Virus record (IMG/VR): IMGVR_UViG_3300026907_000021
Coordinates: 1 to 54,148 of that record
Source of the DNA: a virus
Taxonomy: Duplodnaviria; Caudoviricetes
Strand: one strand, 5' to 3'
DNA length: 54,148 nt
Position numbers and translations under genes: made by a program. Below the pieces are notes generated by a model, which worked only from the letters and a program-made list of their open reading frames with translations, did no database searches and had not been told where the DNA came from. Below, in pieces: positions 1-8,632 of this stretch. Numbering within the stretch: the first letter of the stretch is position 1; each line of letters starts with the position of its first letter.

Positions 1-127
1 TCTGGGGGAACAGTCAACGGAAAGTCACAAATCGTCACTCAGAACATCACCAACGGTGGTGAAGTGAGTAACTTCTGCATCTTCAACTCGACGGACGATG
101 CCAGCGGGTTCCGGTATGTTGGGAGTG
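1..127 (+). repeat. 127-bp exact direct repeat, copy 1 (copy 2 at 51263-51389)
   Basis: tctgggggaa...gttgggagtg identical at both places, diverging immediately after. Confidence 0.97.
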
Positions 128-252
128 ACATCGTTCTCTACACCCCTTCGTTCGGTCAATCTTCCACTACGTTCAGAGTCACTGTGTCAGGCGGGCCGTT
201 CCTCGGTTCTGTCGATAGGACGATTTTGATCGCCTCCACGTTCAAGCGTTAA
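1..252 (+). CDS. True C-terminus of the tail-tip protein that starts at 48692 (across the circular junction)
   Basis: SNFCIFNSTDDASGFRYVGS shared with ORF 48692; joining 48692-51389 to 128-252 gives an in-frame 940-aa ORF. Confidence 0.85.
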   Translation, partial: SGGTVNGKSQIVTQNITNGGEVSNFCIFNSTDDASGFRYVGSDIVLYTPSFGQSSTTFRVTVSGGPFLGSVDRTILIASTFKR

Positions 253-261
253 GGAAACATC

Positions 262-480
262 ATGTCAACTGGAACTCAGATGCAGGTTGGCGCCTCCGTC
301 ATCCTGCAAGAGGCGGAAGTGCGCGAGGCTTTCCTGATGAATCGCACTCTTTTGCTCTCCCAACAGCTTCTGATGCAGCGGCAGGAAAACCAGATCCTTC
401 TCGACAAGATCAACGGCCTTGAAGCCGATCTGCGCCTCGCTCGCGGTGAAGGCGAGACCAACGACGGAGCATCCCAATAA
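262..480 (+). CDS. Small coiled-coil tail-associated protein
   Basis: RBS aagga; between tail tip and tail fibre; stop overlaps the next ATG. Confidence 0.7.
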   Translation: MSTGTQMQVGASVILQEAEVREAFLMNRTLLLSQQLLMQRQENQILLDKINGLEADLRLARGEGETNDGASQ

Positions 481-2123
481 TGGCGAACACCACCTGGTAC
501 GGCGACGGCACGGCAACCGTCGCTGTCGGCTCTCGCACGGTTACGGGTACGGACACCGGCTGGTTGACAGAGGTTGCCGGACTTACGCCGATCAAGGTCG
601 GTGACAAGTTCGGTATTCACGTCGGGCGACCGATCGTGATCGAGCAGATCATCAGCGACACGGAGCTGTTGCTTGCCGATGATTGGCCAGGTCCTGCGCA
701 GACGGATGCGCCTTACAAGATCGAGCTGACGAACCCCACGATCGTTGCTGTCGAGACGATGCGGCGGCTTATGCTGAGCCTTAGTGGCGGCAATCTTTCC
801 AGCATCGCTGAAACTTCTGTTGGTACTGATGACCTGTTGATCGGCATTGGTCCTGGAATCTTCAGCACTATAAACAAGGCGGCTCTGGTTCAGGGCGTCG
901 AGTACGATGCGTTCGTACCGAACCTGGCGGGCAGGGCGGCGTACAACGGCGCTGCTGCCGGGTTCTCCGTCCTTGTGATCGATATTGGCGACGGACGGTC
1001 TGCTCTCTATTTCAAGAACTCGGCAACGTCGGGGGATTGGAGTGCGCCGTCCTATGTGACCGGTCCTGTAGGACCAACGGGCGTGACGTGGCGTGGTAAC
1101 TACAGCGCTGGAACGGCCTACGTCGTCCGTGACATCGTTCAATTCGGGGGCTCAACTTGGTACGCGAAGGTTGCCACGACTGGCAATGCGCCTCCGACGT
1201 TACCTACCACGGAAAACACACAGTGGATTCTGTTCGCTCGCTCCGGGACTGCTGGCGTAGTCGATCGTGGAACCTATAGCGGCGCGACGGCCTATGACGC
1301 GAATGACATCGTTCTCAACAACGGTTCAACGTGGCTTGCTTTGCAGCCGACCACGGGCAATCCCCCACCTGTTCTGCCGACTGAGAGCAATGCCTATTGG
1401 CGTCTACTGGCCCGCAAGGGCACGGATGGCTCTGGTACGGGTGATGTTGTTGGGCCCGCCGGTGGCGTTGCGATCAATGAATTGGCGGTCTTTGCTGACA
1501 CAACCGGCAAGCTTCTCAAGAAGGCGCCTAACAATGTGGTTGGCAATGCGCTCTTGGCCCAAGTCGCCCCGGCCATCATCAAGGGGCGACTGACCGCAGG
1601 GAGTGGCGACGTTGAGGATTTGACGCCCGTACAGGCCAATCAGGTTTTGGGCGGATGGGAGCCGCTTGGATACCTAGATCTCGCGGGTCAGTCTGCGGGC
1701 CTCGTGTTAAATCTATCCCCATTCCGGGCTATACGTTGCATCAGTGATTTTTCCCTGTCTGGCAGCGAATACGGCATAATCCAGGTATCAACGGATAACG
1801 GCGGTACATTCTTAACGTCCAGCTCAATGTACACATTTAGCCTCGTTGACAACGCCTCAGCGAGTTCACCTGCTGCAAATGCTGGCACGATCAACGGACT
1901 ACTGTTGGGAAATGGTGCCGCCGGAAGCGGACTGACAATTATGGGCTTCAATAAATCTAGAAACGCGAGAGCCATAGGGCATCAAATGTTTGAAGCGCCG
2001 ACGCGGACGCTTCGATTGGCTGGCCAAAGCGTACTGAGTACGACCCCGCGCAACGCCCTTCGGGTTCTATCGTCGGTGGGCAACTTTACTTATGGTGAAT
2101 TCTTCTTTGAGGGGGTGCGTTGA
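480..2123 (+). CDS. Tail fibre / receptor-binding protein with two carbohydrate-binding-like repeats
   Basis: N-terminal GTATVAVGSRTVTGTDTGW fibre anchor; duplicated AY..DIV..GSTW.A...TTGN.PP.LPT..N..W repeat; position in tail module. Confidence 0.85.
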   Translation: MANTTWYGDGTATVAVGSRTVTGTDTGWLTEVAGLTPIKVGDKFGIHVGRPIVIEQIISDTELLLADDWPGPAQTDAPYKIELTNPTIVAVETMRRLMLSLSGGNLSSIAETSVGTDDLLIGIGPGIFSTINKAALVQGVEYDAFVPNLAGRAAYNGAAAGFSVLVIDIGDGRSALYFKNSATSGDWSAPSYVTGPVGPTGVTWRGNYSAGTAYVVRDIVQFGGSTWYAKVATTGNAPPTLPTTENTQWILFARSGTAGVVDRGTYSGATAYDANDIVLNNGSTWLALQPTTGNPPPVLPTESNAYWRLLARKGTDGSGTGDVVGPAGGVAINELAVFADTTGKLLKKAPNNVVGNALLAQVAPAIIKGRLTAGSGDVEDLTPVQANQVLGGWEPLGYLDLAGQSAGLVLNLSPFRAIRCISDFSLSGSEYGIIQVSTDNGGTFLTSSSMYTFSLVDNASASSPAANAGTINGLLLGNGAAGSGLTIMGFNKSRNARAIGHQMFEAPTRTLRLAGQSVLSTTPRNALRVLSSVGNFTYGEFFFEGVR

Positions 2124-2497
2124 TGAATATTCAGATTCTTGACGGCCTCACAGGCGAGACTACAGAGCGTCCTCTCACGCCAGAAGAGATCGAGGAAATT
2201 CAGACTCCTCTGCCTCCTCCAGTCCCCACCATCACCGACTATGAAAACGCCATTCAAGACCTCGTTGACAGCACCGCTCGTGAGCGTCAGTTTCGCGACG
2301 GCGTGACGCTGGCGTCTTATATCGGATCAACAAAGTCGAAATGGGCGGCCGAGGCGCAGGCCTTCGTCGCATGGCGCGATAACGTCTGGTTCTATGCTTA
2401 TGGCGAATTGGCCAAGGTGCAGGCAGGCCAGCGGCCTCAGCCTACCGTCGAACAGTTCCTTGGCGAGATCGCCCCCATCGCTTGGCCGGTAGCGTAA
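2120..2497 (+). CDS. Putative tail fibre assembly chaperone
   Basis: Follows the fibre gene; SY..S...W.AEA.AFVAWRD.VW and C-terminal WP pattern. Confidence 0.7.
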   Translation: MMNIQILDGLTGETTERPLTPEEIEEIQTPLPPPVPTITDYENAIQDLVDSTARERQFRDGVTLASYIGSTKSKWAAEAQAFVAWRDNVWFYAYGELAKVQAGQRPQPTVEQFLGEIAPIAWPVA

Positions 2498-2531
2498 CCC
2501 GGCACCCATAACCACAATCAGGAGAAGCCTC

Positions 2532-3611
2532 ATGTTGAAGGCTGATGTCGCGCGCTCGATCGAGCGAGTTGCGAGCGTGCACGGTATTGACCCGGCGGCG
2601 CTGAAGGCTGTTGTCGAGGTCGAGAGCAACGGCGTTGTTTTTGCGGATATCGACGGCAAGGAAATGCCGATCATCCGTTTCGAAGGCCATTACTTCGACC
2701 GGCTGGTGACGGCCTCGCGTCGTGATGAAGCTCGGCGCCTCGGGCTTGGATCTCCGACCGTCGGTGGCGTGAAGAACCCTGCATCGCAGAAAGCCCGCTG
2801 GCAGCTTCTTGGGCGGGCGATGACGATCGATAAGCAGGCAGCGCTTGAAAGCACGTCGTTTGGCGTGGGGCAGGTTATGGGGAGCCATTGGAAGGCGCTG
2901 GGCTATCCATCCGTCATTGATCTGTTCGAAGCGGCCCGCAGCGGCGTAGAGGGCCAGGTTGATCTGATGGTTCGGTTCATCAAGGCGAACAACCTTTTCG
3001 GCGCTCTCAACCGCAAGGATTGGGCCGGGTTCGCCCGCGGCTATAACGGCCCCGCCTACAAGAAGAACGCCTACGACACGAAGATGGCCGCCGCCTATGA
3101 GCGGTATTCCAAGAAGGAGCCGCCTGTATCTGGTGCCGCAGGCATGTTGCGCCTCGGCTCCAAGGGGGCGGGGGTTCGGGAAATTCAGGTGCTGCTCACG
3201 CGCGCCGGCTATCCTGTTACGTCCGATGGCGACTTTGGACCTGCCACGGATCGCACCCTTCGCCGGTTTCAGGATGAGAATGGTCTGAACGCTGACGGCG
3301 TGGCCGGTCCGCAGACCATGCGCAAGCTGAAAGAGTTTCAGGTGTCGCCGGATGAAAAGCCAGGCAACCTCGGGATCGCTCAGGTGCCAGAGGTCAAGAA
3401 CGCGGCCCGCAACTTCGGCCCACTGGCGCTGGTGACTGCCGCGCGCGACCAGATTGCCGAACTCGCCACCTATGTCACCGGCATCAACTCGGATCTGGCG
3501 AACACCATTGCGAACGGGATGCTGGCAGTCTCCGGGGCCATAGGTCTCGGCCTTACGATCTGGGGAGTCTACGGCTGGTGGAAGAGCAAGCAGACGGTGG
3601 AACAGGCATGA
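2532..3611 (+). CDS. Endolysin: N-acetylmuramidase (DUF3380-like) + peptidoglycan-binding domain + C-terminal hydrophobic segment
   Basis: AVVEVES, IRFEGHYF, SFGVGQVMG, FARGYNGP motifs; DGDFGPAT...FQ...DGVAGPQT PG-binding motif. Confidence 0.92.
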   Translation: MLKADVARSIERVASVHGIDPAALKAVVEVESNGVVFADIDGKEMPIIRFEGHYFDRLVTASRRDEARRLGLGSPTVGGVKNPASQKARWQLLGRAMTIDKQAALESTSFGVGQVMGSHWKALGYPSVIDLFEAARSGVEGQVDLMVRFIKANNLFGALNRKDWAGFARGYNGPAYKKNAYDTKMAAAYERYSKKEPPVSGAAGMLRLGSKGAGVREIQVLLTRAGYPVTSDGDFGPATDRTLRRFQDENGLNADGVAGPQTMRKLKEFQVSPDEKPGNLGIAQVPEVKNAARNFGPLALVTAARDQIAELATYVTGINSDLANTIANGMLAVSGAIGLGLTIWGVYGWWKSKQTVEQA

Positions 3612-3922
3612 TGTGGGCTCTTATCCCCAACTGGCTGAAAATCGCTGCTGCTGGCCTTCTGTGTGCCGCTGCGCTGGTGTCTGGCTCCTATTTCGCCGGC
3701 AAGCGTGTCCAGCGCGCCGAGATGGCCACAGAGACACTCGCGAAGACCGTCGAAGTTCTCCAATCAAGGAACGAAACCAATGTGGAAATCACTTCTTCCG
3801 CTGCTGCTGAGTTGTGCGCTCATTACGGGCTGCCAGACAAAGAACGCGTCGAATGTGTGCGCCGGTTGGCAAAAGCTTCAGATGGGAACAGCAGAAACGG
3901 CAGTCTATCTCTCCCAGAATGA
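3608..3922 (+). CDS. i-spanin (Rz-like)
   Basis: N-terminal TM helix; ATG overlaps endolysin stop; overlaps a lipoprotein ORF. Confidence 0.8.
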   Translation: MMWALIPNWLKIAAAGLLCAAALVSGSYFAGKRVQRAEMATETLAKTVEVLQSRNETNVEITSSAAAELCAHYGLPDKERVECVRRLAKASDGNSRNGSLSLPE

Positions 3923-3989
3923 CAGGGGGCTCGCGAACGGTATCGCGAGCCACAATGTTCACGGAAAGCGTCAAGGCTGCTGGGATTGA
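3780..3989 (+). CDS. o-spanin (Rz1-like lipoprotein) with replaced C-terminus
   Basis: MWKSLLPLLLSCALITGC lipobox; overlaps the i-spanin in another frame; homologue at 51516. Confidence 0.82.
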   Translation: MWKSLLPLLLSCALITGCQTKNASNVCAGWQKLQMGTAETAVYLSQNDRGLANGIASHNVHGKRQGCWD

Positions 3990-4573
3990 ATATCTGGCCA
4001 AAATCTACCAGTTCTTAGGCCGGCAATGTGGCCTCTGCTGACGCCGAATAACCTCGCTAGTTCCTTCTGTGTCATGTTTTTGGCTGATCGTATGAAGATC
4101 ACATCTTCTTTAGTCAACTTTGCTGATGGTGATCTATCTCCCCGAACAGCAGTGCCGTGGATGAGTTTATCGGCCTCGTTTTCGGCAGGAGTTTTCCATG
4201 ACAGGTGGCGAGGATTGCAACATTTCCGCTTCCCGCAAGAGTGGGCTGCTTGGTGCATTTCAGTTGGCGGGTCACCATAGGCAATAAGGCACATATACCT
4301 GTGAGCATGTTCCTTTCTGCTCTTCTTAGCGCCCTTTAAGGAAATCCGTCCATAGCCTCTAGTGCCGATACCGAATGGCCAGTCTAGGCAGTCATCTCCA
4401 CCATAGTTGACATGGCTCCTGATCCACTCGACGGGCACGTTGAACCAAGGAGTACGCTCTGCCTCTCCATGCCGCATCCAGCGTTGGTAATGAGCGCTAC
4501 ACATCCCGCGCCGAGCACCGCTGCGTCTATCCATAGAATTTGTGCATCCACCAACTGAACAGGTCACGAACAA
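3971..4573 (-). CDS. HNH homing endonuclease with C-terminal HTH
   Basis: CLDWP...GYG...AHR...AAHSCG..CCNPRHL.W....N..D; QKELARLFGVSR HTH. Confidence 0.88.
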   Translation of the reverse strand: MFVTCSVGGCTNSMDRRSGARRGMCSAHYQRWMRHGEAERTPWFNVPVEWIRSHVNYGGDDCLDWPFGIGTRGYGRISLKGAKKSRKEHAHRYMCLIAYGDPPTEMHQAAHSCGKRKCCNPRHLSWKTPAENEADKLIHGTAVRGDRSPSAKLTKEDVIFIRSAKNMTQKELARLFGVSRGHIAGLRTGRFWPDIQSQQP

Positions 4574-4597
4574 GCCTCCAAGGATTAATCATGGAAA

Positions 4598-4626
4598 ATC
4601 ATAGCAATTGTGCGTGCGGCATTCAA
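4598..4626 (-). promoter_or_regulatory. Sigma70-type promoter of the HNH gene
   Basis: TTGAAT-17 bp-TATGAT on the minus strand, then a GGAGG RBS. Confidence 0.6.
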
Positions 4627-4627
4627 C

Positions 4628-4731
4628 AAATTAACACCGAAACCGCAGTCAAGATCACGATGGACGACCGGCAGTTCGCTAACCAGGTCGCGTCCCATAA
4701 CGCCCACGGCGTGAAACAGAAATGCTGGTGA
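4628..4731 (+). pseudogene. Displaced original 3' end of the spanin genes
   Basis: 4638-4731 nearly identical to 51626-51719 (ETA.KITMDDRQFANQVASHNAHGVKQKCW) but has no 5' part. Confidence 0.88.
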
Positions 4732-4741
4732 GGATTGCACA

Positions 4742-5473
4742 ATGATCGGTCTTGGACTTGGCCTGTCTCTCGGGGTGGCGGGGCGTGGTGTTGGTAGGGC
4801 TGAGCGGTTTACCGTCCCCATCGTCAACTCCGGCGTTGCCATCATCTCTCCCGGCCGTCTGCTCTCCGTCAAGGTCACGGCTGGAACCCCTCCTCTGATC
4901 TCAATCTACGACAGCCCGTTCACTGGTGCCGGCATCATGCCTTATCAGGGCACGCTGGCGAATGGAGAGAAAGCTTCCGTAGATATTCCTATCGTCAACG
5001 GCATCTATGTGGATATGACTTCTGCCCTCGGCCCCGAACTCGTCACCAACGGCAATTTCAACGCTGATGTCTCGGGCTGGGCGCCTCAATTGACGGGTGC
5101 CACCATCACATGGCGTGACGGTAAGATGGAATTGTTCGGCGGCTCTGGCGGTGGTCGCGCAACGCAAACCGTCTCCGGCCTTGAGATTGGCGAAACCTAT
5201 GTGTTCCGCACCACTATGCTTGAGCCGAGCGCAAACTCGATTTCATGCCGTCTTACCACGGATCCGGCAGGATCAACCACAGGTCAGATTTACGGGTCTG
5301 CCAATGTCTCAGCAGGCCAGTTGCTCCCGATTGTCACCTCATTCGTCGCCGCCGCCACGAGCATCACCATTGCAGGCTCCGCATCGGCTAGCGTCACGGG
5401 ATGCTTCGACAAGATCAGCCTTCGTAAGCAGACGCAGGCCACAGGAACCGTCGAACTGGAGTTTGCGGCATGA
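4742..5473 (+). CDS. Putative head-spike fibre (allele A) with carbohydrate-binding-like domain
   Basis: MIGLGLGLSLG N-terminus resembles the RcGTA head-fibre anchor peptide; ELVTNGNF..DVSGW CBM-like start. Confidence 0.65.
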   Translation: MIGLGLGLSLGVAGRGVGRAERFTVPIVNSGVAIISPGRLLSVKVTAGTPPLISIYDSPFTGAGIMPYQGTLANGEKASVDIPIVNGIYVDMTSALGPELVTNGNFNADVSGWAPQLTGATITWRDGKMELFGGSGGGRATQTVSGLEIGETYVFRTTMLEPSANSISCRLTTDPAGSTTGQIYGSANVSAGQLLPIVTSFVAAATSITIAGSASASVTGCFDKISLRKQTQATGTVELEFAA

Positions 5474-7122
5474 GCATCAAGACAGGAACTTCGGTTGGCA
5501 ACGGCTCCCGGCGCAGCGTCTCCATCGGCTGGAAACCGGAAGTCGTCATCTGCATCCCTGATGCGCCGAAAATCGTCGGCATCAAGCTGCATGACCTGTG
5601 GGCCGGTCGCACCAACGTTCTGGGCGCATCGAACAGCTATGCGGATGGTGCCACTCTCACGAAGGATGGCTTCACCGTCTCGCAGTCGCCCAAGTGGAAC
5701 GATCAGGATATCACCTATCACCATCTGGCTATTTCCCGGTCGGCGGCCTTGAAGCTGGCGCTTGCTGGATCGCAAGGTAACGCCACGGCAAATCGGGTCA
5801 TCAAGTTCGATGACAGCACGATTAATCTTGCTGCGGTTCTGGTGAAACGAGACAGCACGCGCGACGGTGTTCTTCAAGTAGGGTCATCTACAACGGCGCT
5901 CCTTGGCGGAACCGCGCTTACTGACTCCGGGGCAATCACCAATCTGACGACCGGCCAGTGCACCGTATCGGCCTCAGGCTATGTCAACGAATACGACGCG
6001 GCGCAGGAGCTGGGCGAGGGGATTGACTTCATCGGCTTCGAGACCGGTGTGAACTTCGCCACGGCGACATATACCGGATCTGGCGCAAACCGCGCGGTCA
6101 GTCTCGGCTTCCAGCCGAAGGCCGTCATCGTCGCCAAGATCAGCGGCACGCTTCAGCCGGCATGGATCAAGACCGACACCATGTCGGCCAGCGGCGCAAA
6201 GCAGATTTCTGCGGCGGCCGGGATTGTTTCATCGGGTATTTCGTTCGATGCAGACGGTCTTCAGCTTACTGCCGGTTCAGCGCTGAACGTAAACACGGCA
6301 ACCTACGTCGTCATTGCCTTCCGTGACCACACGGAAACGCCGATTGCCGCTCCTGCGGTCAAGAAGTCCGGCAAGAAGGCAGTTCTTCTCTCGGCCCGCG
6401 GAACCACGTCATGGATCAATTGCGGCACGGATAACAGCCTTGTCATCGATGGCGCCATGTCGATTGAGTGGATGGGCGGTATCGAGCCGACGACGCGTGC
6501 GAACGCTTCCGTCATGATGTGGCGGGGCGCAAGTACATCCGTTGCGGCTGTCCAGCAGTCATTGTTTATGGGTGCTATTGGCTGGGTTGGCCTTGCCGGG
6601 AACTGGAGCGGCCCGATCATGGCCGTTGGCTGCTCGGATCGCATGGACTTCGCCACGTCGTCCACGAATATCCTCAACCCGTTCAGAACCGGACTGATCC
6701 CGGATTATGGCTCAATTATCCACTGGCTTGCCACACACGACGGCTCGGGTGGCTGGTTGCTCTACCGCAACGGCCAACTGGTTCGCCAGCGTGCGCTTGA
6801 TATGGTCGCTATCAACGGGCAACCGAACATCGATGGGCAGGCAGGTCATCGCATGGTTCTGGGTGCATCCTACAATGCCGGTGCGCCTGTCCAGATGTCC
6901 CGGCAGCGCGTTTCTCTTGCTCGGCTCTATAATCGCGCCCTGACAGCGGCGGAAGTTGATTCTCGCTTCGCCCGTGCCGGTCTCGGCAGTTCTGAGGCAG
7001 ACGTGACTAGCGGGCTTGTCGAGGAATGGGACGCTGCGAATGCCGCCGGTTCGACGTTGGCGGCAACTATTTCCAGCGCGAATAACGGAGCCATCGTCGG
7101 CGGCTCAATCATCACGCTCTGA
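5470..7122 (+). CDS. Virion accessory protein with C-terminal LamG/concanavalin-like domain
   Basis: TYTGSGANRAVSLGFQPKAVIV-type repeats; LYRNGQLV and RLYNRALTAAEV LamG motifs; ATGA coupling to upstream gene. Confidence 0.75.
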   Translation: MSIKTGTSVGNGSRRSVSIGWKPEVVICIPDAPKIVGIKLHDLWAGRTNVLGASNSYADGATLTKDGFTVSQSPKWNDQDITYHHLAISRSAALKLALAGSQGNATANRVIKFDDSTINLAAVLVKRDSTRDGVLQVGSSTTALLGGTALTDSGAITNLTTGQCTVSASGYVNEYDAAQELGEGIDFIGFETGVNFATATYTGSGANRAVSLGFQPKAVIVAKISGTLQPAWIKTDTMSASGAKQISAAAGIVSSGISFDADGLQLTAGSALNVNTATYVVIAFRDHTETPIAAPAVKKSGKKAVLLSARGTTSWINCGTDNSLVIDGAMSIEWMGGIEPTTRANASVMMWRGASTSVAAVQQSLFMGAIGWVGLAGNWSGPIMAVGCSDRMDFATSSTNILNPFRTGLIPDYGSIIHWLATHDGSGGWLLYRNGQLVRQRALDMVAINGQPNIDGQAGHRMVLGASYNAGAPVQMSRQRVSLARLYNRALTAAEVDSRFARAGLGSSEADVTSGLVEEWDAANAAGSTLAATISSANNGAIVGGSIITL

Positions 7123-7128
7123 AGCTAT

Positions 7129-7161
7129 CTCCCTCGGGCTATGGCCGGGGGCTTTCTTTTA
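7129..7161 (+). terminator. Intrinsic terminator
   Basis: GC hairpin followed by ctttctttt; equivalent hairpin at 53534-53560. Confidence 0.6.
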
Positions 7162-7166
7162 CTCGC

Positions 7167-7817
7167 ATGCAGGCTGGGATAATGGCAGGAAACCAAGAGA
7201 TGAGCAGCAATAACGGCTTCGATCCGATGGCCCAATATGCCCGCTTGTCAGAGCGCGTCGAGAACCAGGGCAAAGACATAGTCGATCTCCGGTCGAATAT
7301 GAACACCGGGTTCCAGACGATCAACACCAGCATTTCGCAGTTGTCGAATGAGCTTCGGAACTCTAGCAAGACGCAGTGGCCGGTTATCTGGGCGGCGGCC
7401 GGCGTCTGTTTCACGGTGCTCGCGACAGGCGGGGCATTCTTCTACAACAGCCTAAGCAAGGGGCAGGATCGCCTTGACCTGATCGTGGCGAAGAATGCGG
7501 AGACATCTCAGTCAGCGATCACAGCTGTGGTCGACAAGATGGTGACGCAGAAGGAAATGGAATGGCGCACCAATCGAGGTGCCGAAGACCGCGCCCGAAT
7601 GGAGGCCTCTGTCAAAGAGGTGAGAGAAGCTCAAGTCCCTCGCGCCGAGCTTGAACGGGTATGGACCAGCCAGACAAACGTCGATTCCGATCAGCAGCGC
7701 CAGCTTGACGAGTTGAAGCAGGCGCAGGGCAGCGTTTACGGCGCCAGAGACGTGATCCTAGACCTTCGCCAGCGGGTAGACCGCATGGAGCGGGAAAAGG
7801 CATCACCGGGAAGCTGA
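7167..7817 (+). CDS. Single-TM coiled-coil protein (possible holin-like/lysis accessory; start may be 7182)
   Basis: WPVIWAAAGVCFTVLATGGAFFY TM flanked by coiled coils; same position as 53544-54020. Confidence 0.6.
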   Translation: MQAGIMAGNQEMSSNNGFDPMAQYARLSERVENQGKDIVDLRSNMNTGFQTINTSISQLSNELRNSSKTQWPVIWAAAGVCFTVLATGGAFFYNSLSKGQDRLDLIVAKNAETSQSAITAVVDKMVTQKEMEWRTNRGAEDRARMEASVKEVREAQVPRAELERVWTSQTNVDSDQQRQLDELKQAQGSVYGARDVILDLRQRVDRMEREKASPGS

Positions 7818-7985
7818 GGCCGTTTTCGATATATCCCAATACGGATAATGTTCAGCGCACCACCAGCGCGGCTTTTCGACCTTGGACTTGCTATACCCCA
7901 GCCCGCCCCACTTAGAGCACGAGGGATGTTCGCAATAGTGCTCGTCAATCACACCGTCGCCGGCTTTGTTGTTCTGGTCGCTCAT
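7803..7985 (-). CDS. Small Cys/His-rich hypothetical protein
   Basis: HYCEHPSCSKWG...WWCAEHYP; homologue at the window end; ATGA coupling. Confidence 0.75.
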   Translation of the reverse strand: MSDQNNKAGDGVIDEHYCEHPSCSKWGGLGYSKSKVEKPRWWCAEHYPYWDISKTASASR

Positions 7986-8281
7986 GGATGGATCTCCAAT
8001 TCCCGGAGTTTCCATCCTCCGGGCGGTGGTGAAGCCTGCAGCTTGGTGGCGCGCTGGGTGAGCTTTGCAGAGGCAATTACCTTGGCCTCCCGTTTTGATG
8101 TCGCTTGAACGTTGATGATCCAACGCCCGGACTGGAACCGATATGTCTTCGGCTTGGCGCTTTCGACAAACTGGCAACCGGCGACGAAGGCAAGGCGCAT
8201 TCTGGCTTTGTCCTGATCGGTTGCTCCCCTCACAGTCCCCCACCATTTTTCAAAATTTTCATCGATCTCACTCTTGAGCAT
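7982..8281 (-). CDS. Hypothetical protein, LexA-boxed
   Basis: 99-aa ORF with an SOS box abutting its ATG. Confidence 0.7.
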   Translation of the reverse strand: MLKSEIDENFEKWWGTVRGATDQDKARMRLAFVAGCQFVESAKPKTYRFQSGRWIINVQATSKREAKVIASAKLTQRATKLQASPPPGGWKLRELEIHP

Positions 8282-8296
8282 GTTCTTAATATGTTC
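8282..8296. promoter_or_regulatory. Alpha-proteobacterial LexA (SOS) box
   Basis: GTTC-ttaatat-GTTC (GTTC-N7-GTTC) overlapping a minus-strand promoter with -35 TTGACT at 8310-8315. Confidence 0.78.
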
Positions 8297-8381
8297 ACGC
8301 CATGTGCGGAGTCAATGCGTTGATTCTGGCGATAAGATTGTGCTGCCCAAGGCCAGGAGAGGCGAACGTCTGCAGAACGTC

Positions 8382-8632
8382 TATTCAGAATAAAAAAAGG
8401 ACGATATTCAGAATGAGCCTCTTGCGCATTGATTAGGTTTATTCTAAATCCCCGCCACGACAGCGAAAACGCTGTCAGTGAGGCCTCGTGGCGGAGTGGT
8501 GACGCAGAGGACTGCAAATCCCAACAAAATGTAATGTTTTCAGTAGGCGTTCTGAATAAGACGACCCAAAACGATACATTTTCCGCCGTATACGGCCATT
8601 GATTTCATTCACAAATTTTGACTATTCAGAAC
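8382..8632. repeat. Putative integrase arm-type sites TATTCAGAA(T/C)
   Basis: Copies at 8382, 8405 and 8623, inverted copy at 8549, flanking the att core. Confidence 0.65.
8482..8521 (+). other. attP core: 5' half of tRNA-Cys(GCA)
   Basis: GGCCTCGTGGCGGAGTGGTGACGCAGAGGACTGCAAATCC gives acceptor 5' strand, D arm and GCA anticodon arm, then homology stops; next to integrase. Confidence 0.88.

Noticed and set aside
3971-4573. Group I intron around the HNH genes
   Set aside because: The HNH is antisense with its own promoter and little flanking non-coding sequence; no P7 or other intron core seen
480-7122. Diversity-generating retroelement or invertible fibre cassette
   Set aside because: No reverse transcriptase, no TR/VR pair with adenine-specific mismatches, and no invertase or inverted crossover sites seen
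8482-8521. Intact tRNA-Cys gene
   Set aside because: T arm and 3' acceptor strand are absent; it is an att core
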